Shown: positions 55,648 to 64,000 of the stretch, piece by piece
Layout: each line of letters starts with the position of its first letter
Numbering within the stretch: position 1 is the first letter of the stretch
Source: Jatrophihabitantaceae bacterium
GTDB taxonomy: Bacteria; Actinomycetota; Actinomycetes; Mycobacteriales; Jatrophihabitantaceae
Assembly: GCA_035765515.1 (NCBI GenBank)
Contig: DASTXN010000171.1
Location: 1,885-65,884 of the forward strand
DNA length: 64,000 bases
Direction: 5' to 3'
Position numbers and translations under genes: made by a program
The notes under the pieces: model-generated
What the model saw: the letters and a program-made list of their open reading frames with translations, nothing else
What the model was told of the DNA's origin: nothing
Databases searched by the model: none

Positions 55648-58600
55648 TCAGGAGCAGGTCAGTCGGGCGTCTGCCCAGTCGCCGTGGTCGTTGCCGTTGC
55701 CGTCACCGCCCTCCCCGACAACCAGATCGAGCAGTTGTGCTCCGGTGATGTCCTCGTCCAGATCGACTGCTGCCGAGGACCCGTTCAGCACCGGCGTGGT
55801 GACGAGCGTCTTGCCGTCGGCAACCACGCTGAACGTCACCGTGCCGGCGTCGTCCTCGTCGTCGACCCCGACGGTGGCCTGGAACCGCGTGCAGTGCCCG
55901 CCCAGATACAACGCGACGTCGCTGGGTGAGTTGGTGCCGAGACCGGTCGGGTACTGCGTGCCGTTGATCGTGATGGTCCTGCCGTCGTTGGCGGACGAGC
56001 CGCCGACGCTCTGGTTGCGCTCGACCGGTCCCCAGCCGTTGCTCGCCGAGAAGAACGGCAGCGCGCTCACCTGGACGTCGCTCGTGGGCGGCGACGGCAG
56101 CGAACGCACGTCGCGCACGTCCGAAAGGTTCTGCTCGTGCCGGCCGGGCCCGCCCTGGATGTAGTCGACGGTCGCCGTGAGCTCGGAGATCTGCGGCAGC
56201 GTGTCCGGTGCGGTGACCTTCCAGGTCGCCGTGAACGAGCTGCCACCGGTCACCGGATGGCGTGACGCCGTCGGGGAGGTCGCAACGGCGGTCCAGCCGT
56301 CGGGCACCGTCAGGGCGAGTCGGGCGTCGCGCGCGGCTGGTGCGTTCAGGTCCGCCGTGAAGGTGGCGGACACCGTGGCCGTGCCGTCCGGGTCGATCGT
56401 GCCGGGGGCGTGCAGGGTCAGGCTCGCGCTGTGCGGGGCCGGCATGGCGTACGTCGCCGCGTTGTAGGCGGGGCTGGACACCGGCGCTACGCGGAGCGAC
56501 GATGCCGGCGATCCGTAGCTGACGAGCGATACCGTGCCGAGGCCGCCTGTGCTGTCATCTTCGTTGGTGACGGCGATGGCGATGGTGTTCGGTCCCTCGG
56601 GGTTCAGAATCCCGGTCGGGATCACGAACTCGTGCTGCGGCCCGATGTTGTTGATGTACTTGCCCAACTGCCAGCCGTTGACGTAGATGAACGCGCGGTA
56701 GGCGCGGCCGGGATCGTCGGCGATCTTGAGACCGACGGACGTGTCCTGGCCCGGCGGCAGGTGCAGCGTGGCAGTGGTGCGGTACCAGGAGACGCCGGGC
56801 GTCGGGTCGGACGTCGGCAGGGTGACGTCCTGCCAGTGCTTGTCGGGATAGCCGGGCAGCGTCCAACCGGCGCGCTCGCCGTACAGCCCGCCGACGTTCA
56901 TCGGGCCACGCGCCGGGTCGACGAGATCCTCGCCGCCACGGCTGCCCTGGATGCGCCACGTGATCGTGCTGAGCGGCGAGCCGGCGATCGTGGCGCCGGT
57001 GAGCCCGCGTGCTTCCTTGTTCGAGTTCTGCTCGTTGTAGTCCTCGTTGTGGCCGGACGTGTCGACGAGAACGGAGACCTCGTTGTCGCCGTCGACGTGC
57101 ACGGCGCCCGCCGGGAACGAGAACGTGTGCGAGGAGTCGTCCGAGTTGCCGAGGTAGGTGCCGTTCAGCCAGACCTCGTAGTTGCCGGCCGTACCAGTGA
57201 TCGCCGAGACGGTGATGCCCGTCGAGTCCGAGGTGGCGTCGAAGTGCCCGCGGTACCAGACGTCGCCGTAGTGGAAGCCGTAGTCGTCCTGGAACAGCAC
57301 CGGCAGCGTGACGGGCGGCGTGGTGCTGTTCGACGTCATCTTGTCGGCGACCTGCCAGGACGAGTCGTCGAAGCCGGGCTGAGCTTCCGGCGAGCCCTGC
57401 TCGTGCTTCCAGTTCGTCAGTGCCGGCAGGCTGACCGGCTGCGGCCCGGCGAGAACCGCGTCCTGCGAGCCGCTGGCAGTGGTTCCGGTGGCGAGCGGCT
57501 GCCCGTTCCAGGTGTAGCTGTCGGCCGCCGCGGCGAAGATCTCGATCGGCGCGCTGGCGTCGGAGTCTCCGGTGAGCGCGAGCGCGCCGTGCTCGAACGT
57601 AGCTGTCCGGAGCAGATCGGAGCCGTACACGAGCACCGGCCCGGCGGACGTCTGGGCGAGCCAGAACCGCTCGGCCTGCTGGACCGTCCCGATCAGGAGC
57701 AGCAGGGGACGGACGCCGCCACCGGTGATGAGAACCCGCGCCAGCCCGTCGTGCTTGTAGTTCAGCCGAAGGTCGCCGGTACCCGCGTCCCACGTCGTGG
57801 CGACGTTCCCGGACAGCACGCTCACATCCGGCTTGCTCGCGTAATTGAGCACGGTTTCGCCGTCGGTGCCCTGCGCGCCGTAGAGCACCGCGACATCCCG
57901 ATCGCCGATCGTCTGGTTGGTCATGATCTCGGACGTCGAGTACTGCAGTTGGCTCTGGCCGAGCCGGTAGTTCGCGACGATGATCTTCGAATCGCGGCCC
58001 TGCAACGTGATCGACGTGCCCGGCTGCTGCGGCACGCTCGGGTACACGGTGGCGTCGCCGGACGGCAGGTCGATCGCGTCGACCGAGACGAACGTGCCGG
58101 CGGAGTTCGGGTTCTTGTCACCGCTGACCACGATCTTCAGCGTGTGCGCGGTGTCGGCGAGGTTGCTCACCGCGTACTGCACCTGCCCGTTGACGGTGCT
58201 GGGCGAGTACCCGTCGACGGTGCCGACCTGCGTGCCGTCCAGGTACACGTCGGCGATGCCGTGGTTGCCGGCGGTTGAGGCGATCCAGCGGATCGCGGTG
58301 CCGTCGAACGGGATCGTCACGCTGTCGCCGGCGGTGTCGGAGAACGACTCGGTCTGCTTGTACTCGCCGCTGGTGTAGCCCACCTCCGGGCCGACGTGCG
58401 ACCAGTCACCGGTGTAGTGCAGGTCGGTGCTGTCGGCGTCGTCGTAGGTGTAGGTCGACGTGGCGCCGAGGTCCAGCGCGATGTGCGTCGTGTCGGTGGA
58501 CGTCGAGGTCGAGTCGCGGTGCCGCAGCACGTGGAACTGGGTGTGCGTGTCCGGGTTGATCCGCGCGGTGTCCACGGTCGACGGGTTGGACGGGGCGGTG

Positions 58601-59874
58601 ACGCCCAGCGAGTCCGTCTCGGCCAGCGGTGCGACGCTCTGCGTGAAGTAGCCGATCAGCTTGTCCTGCTGGTATTTGGCGGTCAGCTGTCGGGCCTCGG
58701 TGATCGGCGCGCCGTAGTCGTAGGAGGTGTAGACGGACGGCTCGGCCTGGTTGCCCCAGTTCGTGCCGCCGTAGGTCATGTAGAAGTTCTGCATCGTCGC
58801 GCCGACCGCGATGTTGTTCTTGTAGAAGACGTTGGCGAAGTCGGCACCGGTCAACTGCCGGCACTTGTCGTAACCCGGACCGCCCCACGGGTCGAAGGCG
58901 CCGCCTTGGTACTCGGCGGTGTACAGCGGGTGCGTGGCCGGATGGTCGTAGGAGATGTTGTCGACGCCGCGCCACACGGTCGGGTGCGAGCAGTTGAACC
59001 CCTGCGGGTACGAGTCTGCCCCGTCGATGTCGAGCGCGGCCTTTCCTGAGTTGAACGTTCCGTTGTGGTTGCCGGTCAGCGGCACGGTGATGCCGTCCGC
59101 CCGCGCCTTGTCCTCCAGATGCTGCATGTAGTCGCGGCCCGCCGCCGAACCGTCGTAGAACTCGTTCTCGACCTGGTAGGCGATGACCGGGCCGGTGCCG
59201 TTCGTCAGTTGGTGCCGCGCCAGGATCGCGTCGATGTGCGTCAGCCACTGGTCGGCGTACTTGAGGTAGTCCGGATCGGAGCTGCGGTCCAGGCCCGGTT
59301 TGGTGTCCAGCCACCCGGGGAAGCCGCCGCCGTCGACCTCGGCATTGATGTACGGCCCGGGACGGGCGATGACGTAGATGCCCACCTGGTCCGCGATGTC
59401 CAGCAGCTTGTCGATGTCACGGACGCCGGTGAAGTCGTACACGCCGGGTGCCGGGGAGTGGTACGCCCAGTCGAAGTAGATCGACGCCGCGTTGAATCCG
59501 GCCGCCTTCATCTTCTCCAGCACGTCGCGCCAGAGCGACGGGCTCGGTAGCCGGTAGTAGTGGAACTCGCCGGACCAGATGTAGGTGCGCCTGCCGTCGA
59601 TCTTCAGCGAGTACCTGTCGTAGCTGATCGTGTGCGGAACGCCGCCGCTGAGCGTTCCGTCCTGCGCCGACGCGACCCCAGCGTCCGACGCGGTGGCCGA
59701 GACCGCTGCGTGCGGGGCCGCCGCCGAGGCGGGCTGTGCGTGCACCACCGCACCCAGGCCGGCCACCAGAAGCGCAGCCGCGGCGGCGGCGACCGTCCGG
59801 CTCCGGCGCCGGTGCCGGACCGGATGGGCTGCGGGGGGACGACCGGTCAGCGCGGAAGACGGCGACGGCACCAT
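55648..59874 (-). CDS. secreted GH35 beta-galactosidase with multiple beta-sandwich/CBM modules and a C-terminal NPCBM domain
   Basis: RBS GGAGG then ATG at 59874, with Tat-like HRRRSRTVAAAAAALL. GH35 core YIWSGEFHYYRLPSP...IARPGPYINAEVDGGGFPGW...YQVENE. C-terminus ASNGWGPVERNQSVGG...GDGNGNDHGDWADARL. Confidence 0.9.
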   Translation of the reverse strand: MVPSPSSALTGRPPAAHPVRHRRRSRTVAAAAAALLVAGLGAVVHAQPASAAAPHAAVSATASDAGVASAQDGTLSGGVPHTISYDRYSLKIDGRRTYIWSGEFHYYRLPSPSLWRDVLEKMKAAGFNAASIYFDWAYHSPAPGVYDFTGVRDIDKLLDIADQVGIYVIARPGPYINAEVDGGGFPGWLDTKPGLDRSSDPDYLKYADQWLTHIDAILARHQLTNGTGPVIAYQVENEFYDGSAAGRDYMQHLEDKARADGITVPLTGNHNGTFNSGKAALDIDGADSYPQGFNCSHPTVWRGVDNISYDHPATHPLYTAEYQGGAFDPWGGPGYDKCRQLTGADFANVFYKNNIAVGATMQNFYMTYGGTNWGNQAEPSVYTSYDYGAPITEARQLTAKYQQDKLIGYFTQSVAPLAETDSLGVTAPSNPSTVDTARINPDTHTQFHVLRHRDSTSTSTDTTHIALDLGATSTYTYDDADSTDLHYTGDWSHVGPEVGYTSGEYKQTESFSDTAGDSVTIPFDGTAIRWIASTAGNHGIADVYLDGTQVGTVDGYSPSTVNGQVQYAVSNLADTAHTLKIVVSGDKNPNSAGTFVSVDAIDLPSGDATVYPSVPQQPGTSITLQGRDSKIIVANYRLGQSQLQYSTSEIMTNQTIGDRDVAVLYGAQGTDGETVLNYASKPDVSVLSGNVATTWDAGTGDLRLNYKHDGLARVLITGGGVRPLLLLIGTVQQAERFWLAQTSAGPVLVYGSDLLRTATFEHGALALTGDSDASAPIEIFAAAADSYTWNGQPLATGTTASGSQDAVLAGPQPVSLPALTNWKHEQGSPEAQPGFDDSSWQVADKMTSNSTTPPVTLPVLFQDDYGFHYGDVWYRGHFDATSDSTGITVSAITGTAGNYEVWLNGTYLGNSDDSSHTFSFPAGAVHVDGDNEVSVLVDTSGHNEDYNEQNSNKEARGLTGATIAGSPLSTITWRIQGSRGGEDLVDPARGPMNVGGLYGERAGWTLPGYPDKHWQDVTLPTSDPTPGVSWYRTTATLHLPPGQDTSVGLKIADDPGRAYRAFIYVNGWQLGKYINNIGPQHEFVIPTGILNPEGPNTIAIAVTNEDDSTGGLGTVSLVSYGSPASSLRVAPVSSPAYNAATYAMPAPHSASLTLHAPGTIDPDGTATVSATFTADLNAPAARDARLALTVPDGWTAVATSPTASRHPVTGGSSFTATWKVTAPDTLPQISELTATVDYIQGGPGRHEQNLSDVRDVRSLPSPPTSDVQVSALPFFSASNGWGPVERNQSVGGSSANDGRTITINGTQYPTGLGTNSPSDVALYLGGHCTRFQATVGVDDEDDAGTVTFSVVADGKTLVTTPVLNGSSAAVDLDEDITGAQLLDLVVGEGGDGNGNDHGDWADARLTCS

Positions 59875-59893
59875 GTGGCCTCCAACGACGGCG

Positions 59894-59933
59894 ATGTTTG
59901 ATGTTGTTTGATCGGCAAGCCGGAACTTTCCGG
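59894..59933. promoter_or_regulatory. tandem TGTTTGAT direct repeat plus CCGGAA-ct-TTCCGG palindrome in the divergent GH35 promoter region
   Basis: tgtttgat at 59895-59902 and 59905-59912. ccggaactttccgg at 59920-59933. AT-rich relative to the surroundings. Confidence 0.35.
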
Positions 59934-60105
59934 CATTGTGCGTAGGTGGCACCGTACGGCCGCGAGCCCGCCCGGTCAATCCCCGCGAAAGCAGCGAAAA
60001 TCTGGGCAAGACGCTTGACAGCCCAGCAACACAGGGGCAAGGTTTCGAACCAAAATAAACAAACTACGACGTGTTCGCCCTTGCTCAGCTCAGTCTGGAG
60101 TTCGG

Positions 60106-63100
60106 ATGTCTCGATCGGGTAGGCGCGTGCTGACCGCCGCGCTGTCGTGTGTGCTGACCGTCCTCGCGCTGGCCGTCGCGCCGAGCGCCGCCCGGGCCGG
60201 CTCACCGGGACAGGGTGACGCGCCGGGTGGCGCTCCCGGTCCCGCGGCGCACACCGTCACCTTCGACAAGTACTCGCTGATGCTCGACGGCAAGCGCACC
60301 TACATCTGGTCCGGCGAGTTCCACTACTTCCGGCTGCCCAGCCCGGACCTGTGGCGCGACGTGCTGCAGAAGATGAAGGCCGAGGGCTACAACGCCGTCT
60401 CCATGTACTTCGACTGGGGCTACCACTCGCCCGCCCCCGGCGTCTACGACTTCAGCGGCGTGCGCGATGTCGACAAGCTGCTGGACATCGCCCAGCAGGT
60501 CGGGCTCTACGTGATCGCCCGGCCGGGGCCGTACATCAACGCCGAGGTGGACGGCGGCGGCTTGCCCGGCTGGCTCACCAACGTGGCCGGCAAGGCGCGG
60601 ACGGACGACCCGGACTATGTCGCGGCGGCCGACGAGTGGCTCACCCACATCGACGCGATCCTGGCGCGGCACCAGTACACCGACGGCACCGGCCCGGTGA
60701 TCCTGTACCAGATCGAGAACGAACTCGCGGCCACCGGCACCACTCAGAAGCAGTACATGCAGCACCTGTACGACAAGGTGCGTGCCGACGGCATCACCGT
60801 GCCGATCTTCCACAACGACAAGGGACGGCACGGCATCTGGGTGCCGAGCGGTTCTGACGTGCCGGGCACCGTGACCGGCCCGACCGACCTGTACGCGTTC
60901 GACGGTTACCCGGGCGGCAGTTGCCACACCGATGCGACCGTCGGCAGCCCCTCAACGGCGCCCGACTGGGGCATCTGGGGCAGCGGCGGGGCCTCGGGCG
61001 GGTCGTCCGCCTCGCCGAACACGCCCGGCTTCACGGCCGAGTTCGGCGGCGGCTGGTTCGACTACTGGGGCAGCCAGGGCACCTACGACTGCACGGCGCA
61101 GCGTGAGGGCTCAGGCTACGAACGTGTCTTCTACGGCACCAACATCGCCAACCGGCTGGACATCCAGAACGTGTACATGGGCTTCGGCGGTACCTCCTGG
61201 GGATGGCTGCCGGCGCCGGTCGTCTACAGCTCCTACGACTACGGCGCGGGCATCAGCGAGGCTCGCCAGCTCCGTCCCAAGGTCACCACGATGAAGGAAC
61301 TGGGCCTGTTCGTGCAGAGCGTCACGCCGCTTACGAAGATCGACCCGGCCCAGATGGTCACTCCGAGCAACAGCAACATCAAGATCTACGACGACGTGAA
61401 TCCCGATACCGGCACGCACTTCTACATTGCGATGCACGACCCGTCCAACGGCACCGGGAACGACTTGTTCACGTTCGGGCTGTCCACCGCCGACGGGAGC
61501 TACACCGTTCCGCAGCAGGGCACGCTGCGGATCGACGGCCAGGATTCGAAGATCCTCACTGCGGACTACGACCTGGACGCCGCGGCCGGTTCGGCGAGCC
61601 CGCACCTGGTCTACTCGACCTCGCAGATCATGACGCACCTGAACGTCGCAGGCGGACAGCTCGCGCTGCTGTACGGCCCGAGCGGCGAGGACGGCGAGAC
61701 GGTGCTGCGATACGCGGACCGCCCCCAAGTGCAGGTGCTGGCCGGCTCGGTGAGCGACACCTACGACACGACCACCGGGGACCTGCGGCTGAACTACGTG
61801 CACGACGGACTGGCCGAAGTGCGGATCACCGGCGGTGGCCGCGATCCGCTCACCCTGCTGCTCGCCGACACCGCCACGGCGGGCACGTTCTGGGAACCGG
61901 ACACCGACAACGGGCCGGTGCTCGTTCGCGGGCCGGAGCTCGTCCGAACCGCGGCCATGCGTGGCGTGAACCTGCTGCTCACCGGCGACACCAAGGACGC
62001 AGCCGACCTGCAGGTCTGGGGCCCGGAGCGCGTCCACCACGTCGAGTGGAACGGCCGCCACGTGCGCCTGGCACGCTCGGACGCGGACGGCAGCTTCAGC
62101 GCGACACGGCAGCTCCCCGGTGCCGAACCGATCACGTTGCCCGACCTGACCGGGCTGACCTGGAAGACGCAGTACGGCTCACCCGAGTCGCAGCCCGGTT
62201 TCGACGACTCGAAGTGGCTGATCGCCGACAAGACAACGACGGCCAGCACGACACCGCCGCCGAGCGGCCAGCCCGTGCTGACGGCGGACGACTACGGCTT
62301 CCACACCGGCGACGTCTGGTACCGCGCGCATTACACCGGCGCGGGTGCGGCCGGCTCCATCTCGCTGCGCTACGGCGGTGGCGGCGCCGGGCTGCTGCAG
62401 GCCTGGCTGGACGGCGTCTACCTCGGCCAGAACGTGCTGGCGTCCGGGCAGAGCTCCCCGGCGACCACGGGGTCCGCGTCCTTCACGATTCCGCAGCACC
62501 TGCGCACCGACGGCGCGCACGTGCTGTCGGTGATGGTCCGCAACGACGGGCACAACGAGGACGGCGGCGTGAACGACGCGCAGAAGGAAGGCCGCGGGCT
62601 GATCTCGATGACCATGGCCGACCCGGACGAGAACGCCGTTGCACCCGGCGTGACCTGGCGGATCCAGGGCGACGAGGGCGGCGAGGACATCGTCGACACC
62701 GCGCGGGGCGTCATGAACGCCAGCGGCAGCTACGGGGACCGGCACGGCTGGTACCTGCCGGGCTTCCCGACCCAGGACTGGAAGACGGCCACCGTGCCCG
62801 CGTCGAGTGCGGTACCCGGCACGAGCTGGTACACCACCAGCTTCCGGCTGGATATCCTGACGGTGGACGACGCCTCGCTCGGCCTCACCATCGGCGACCC
62901 GTCGTCGCCGCAGTCCAGTGCGAACTACCGTGCGCTGATCTACGTCAACGGCTGGAACGTGGGGCAGTACATCGCGAACGTCGGGCCGCAGCACACCTTC
63001 GTCGTCCCGAACGGGATCTTGAACCCGAACGGCGACAACAGCCTGGCGATCGAGGTCACCAGCAACGGCGGCGCGGGCAACGGGTTGGAGAAGGTGCAGC

Positions 63101-63969
63101 TGACCGACCTCGGCACCGTGCGCGGCGGCGTGGCGGTCGCACAGAACCAGGCGCCGGACTGGAGCTCCCGGGACTGGGGCGAGCCGCAACCGCAGTCCGT
63201 CGTGGCCGTGGACCCCCCGACGTTTACGGGGGTCGACCAACTCAGCGGGGGTGACACGTTCACCGTCAGCAGCACCATCCGCAACGACGGCGGTCCCGAG
63301 GTCACCGACCTGCAGCCGACGCTCGACCTGCCGTCCGGATGGACGTCCGCCATCACGAAGCAGGCGCCGGACGTGCTGGCGCCGGGAGCGGCCGCGGACG
63401 TGAGCTGGACCGTGACGCTGCCGGACGACGCAGCGGGCGGCACGTACGCCGTCGCGGTCGAGGCCGGCTACCGCCAGGCCGGGCAGCAGCAGACCACCGG
63501 CGCGTCCGGGGAGGTGTCGGTGCGCCAGCACGGACTGCAGTACGTCAGCGATATGCCCTGGGTGTCCTCGACGAACGGCTGGGGACCGGTAGAGCGCGAC
63601 GAAAGTGTCGGCGGTACCGGCCAGGGCGACGGCGGACCGCTCGACATCGCCGGCACGACGTACGCCAAGGGGCTGGGCACCAACTCACCCAGCACCGTCG
63701 TGCTCGACCTGGGCGGCACGTGCTCGGCGTTCTCCAGCGACGTCGGCCTGGACATCGGTGCCGGCTCCAAGGGCTCGGTCACGTTCACGGTGATCGGCGA
63801 CGGGACCGTCCTGGCGCAGACCGGCACGATGCGCGGGGGCGATGCGCCGCAGCACCTGGACGCGGACCTGACCGGGGTGCAGACGTTGACGCTCGAGGTG
63901 GGCGACGCGGGCGACGGGAACGGGCACGACAACGCCGACTGGGGCGGAGCGCAGGTGATCTGCGCCTAG
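60106..63969 (+). CDS. secreted GH35 beta-galactosidase paralog with a C-terminal NPCBM domain
   Basis: Signal MSRSGRRVLTAALSCVLTVLALAVAPSAARA. YIWSGEFHYFRLPSP...IARPGPYINAEVDGGGLPGW...YQIENE. C-terminus STNGWGPVERDESVGG...GDGNGHDNADWGGAQV. Confidence 0.9.
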   Translation: MSRSGRRVLTAALSCVLTVLALAVAPSAARAGSPGQGDAPGGAPGPAAHTVTFDKYSLMLDGKRTYIWSGEFHYFRLPSPDLWRDVLQKMKAEGYNAVSMYFDWGYHSPAPGVYDFSGVRDVDKLLDIAQQVGLYVIARPGPYINAEVDGGGLPGWLTNVAGKARTDDPDYVAAADEWLTHIDAILARHQYTDGTGPVILYQIENELAATGTTQKQYMQHLYDKVRADGITVPIFHNDKGRHGIWVPSGSDVPGTVTGPTDLYAFDGYPGGSCHTDATVGSPSTAPDWGIWGSGGASGGSSASPNTPGFTAEFGGGWFDYWGSQGTYDCTAQREGSGYERVFYGTNIANRLDIQNVYMGFGGTSWGWLPAPVVYSSYDYGAGISEARQLRPKVTTMKELGLFVQSVTPLTKIDPAQMVTPSNSNIKIYDDVNPDTGTHFYIAMHDPSNGTGNDLFTFGLSTADGSYTVPQQGTLRIDGQDSKILTADYDLDAAAGSASPHLVYSTSQIMTHLNVAGGQLALLYGPSGEDGETVLRYADRPQVQVLAGSVSDTYDTTTGDLRLNYVHDGLAEVRITGGGRDPLTLLLADTATAGTFWEPDTDNGPVLVRGPELVRTAAMRGVNLLLTGDTKDAADLQVWGPERVHHVEWNGRHVRLARSDADGSFSATRQLPGAEPITLPDLTGLTWKTQYGSPESQPGFDDSKWLIADKTTTASTTPPPSGQPVLTADDYGFHTGDVWYRAHYTGAGAAGSISLRYGGGGAGLLQAWLDGVYLGQNVLASGQSSPATTGSASFTIPQHLRTDGAHVLSVMVRNDGHNEDGGVNDAQKEGRGLISMTMADPDENAVAPGVTWRIQGDEGGEDIVDTARGVMNASGSYGDRHGWYLPGFPTQDWKTATVPASSAVPGTSWYTTSFRLDILTVDDASLGLTIGDPSSPQSSANYRALIYVNGWNVGQYIANVGPQHTFVVPNGILNPNGDNSLAIEVTSNGGAGNGLEKVQLTDLGTVRGGVAVAQNQAPDWSSRDWGEPQPQSVVAVDPPTFTGVDQLSGGDTFTVSSTIRNDGGPEVTDLQPTLDLPSGWTSAITKQAPDVLAPGAAADVSWTVTLPDDAAGGTYAVAVEAGYRQAGQQQTTGASGEVSVRQHGLQYVSDMPWVSSTNGWGPVERDESVGGTGQGDGGPLDIAGTTYAKGLGTNSPSTVVLDLGGTCSAFSSDVGLDIGAGSKGSVTFTVIGDGTVLAQTGTMRGGDAPQHLDADLTGVQTLTLEVGDAGDGNGHDNADWGGAQVICA

Positions 63970-64000
63970 CGGCGGCGTCGGGTCAACTCGTGGAGCGGGC

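Noticed and set aside
60015-60020. TTGACA -35-like hexamer upstream of the second GH35 gene
   Set aside because: No acceptable TANNNT -10 sits at 16-19 nt spacing (the sequence there is caaggt). I did not call a promoter.

Overview
The window is a high-GC (about 70%) actinobacterial chromosome segment that is densely coding, with strong third-position GC bias. All calls were made by eye from the ORF track and sequence motifs; no database search was run.

**Conserved core (about 28.8-48.3 kb).** Its gene order matches, from memory, the Mycobacterium tuberculosis Rv2478c-Rv2465c neighbourhood:
- ssb-like, ettA, thioesterase, an Rv2474c-like gene
- aglA, glbO, HNH endonuclease, DUF5130
- pepN, a DsbA-like Rv2466c homolog, rpiB

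**Flanking blocks that look accessory.**
- 0-9 kb: small oxidoreductases with TetR and GntR regulators, an ABC exporter and a DUF3516 helicase.
- 9.3-15.3 kb: a CocE/NonD hydrolase and a 1367-aa RCC1/Ig/TIG mosaic surface protein. The two genes share a duplicated ~100-nt leader plus start module.
- 18.4-28.5 kb: the candidate I rank highest. A SARP/AfsR-type BTAD-ATPase-TPR regulator sits directly upstream of a tightly coupled secreted three-gene module. The module is a 1524-aa Big_1 (invasin-like) Ig-repeat protein, a 507-aa protein with an 11-residue-periodic coiled coil, and a small lipoprotein. A triple 11-bp-phased heptamer (a SARP-box-like site) lies in the promoter gap. The block ends 58 nt from the 3' end of tRNA-Arg(TCT).
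- 48.7-64 kb: a secreted glycan-degradation block with a penicillin-acylase family protein, a GH27 alpha-galactosidase and two divergent GH35/NPCBM beta-galactosidase paralogs. A small VapBC-containing islet interrupts it.

**Other observations.**
- An ECF sigma / beta-propeller pair with an ECF-type promoter.
- A four-copy GTGCCCACT motif between glbO and a disulfide reductase.
- Several operator-like palindromes.

No CRISPR array, IS element, integrase or rRNA was seen.
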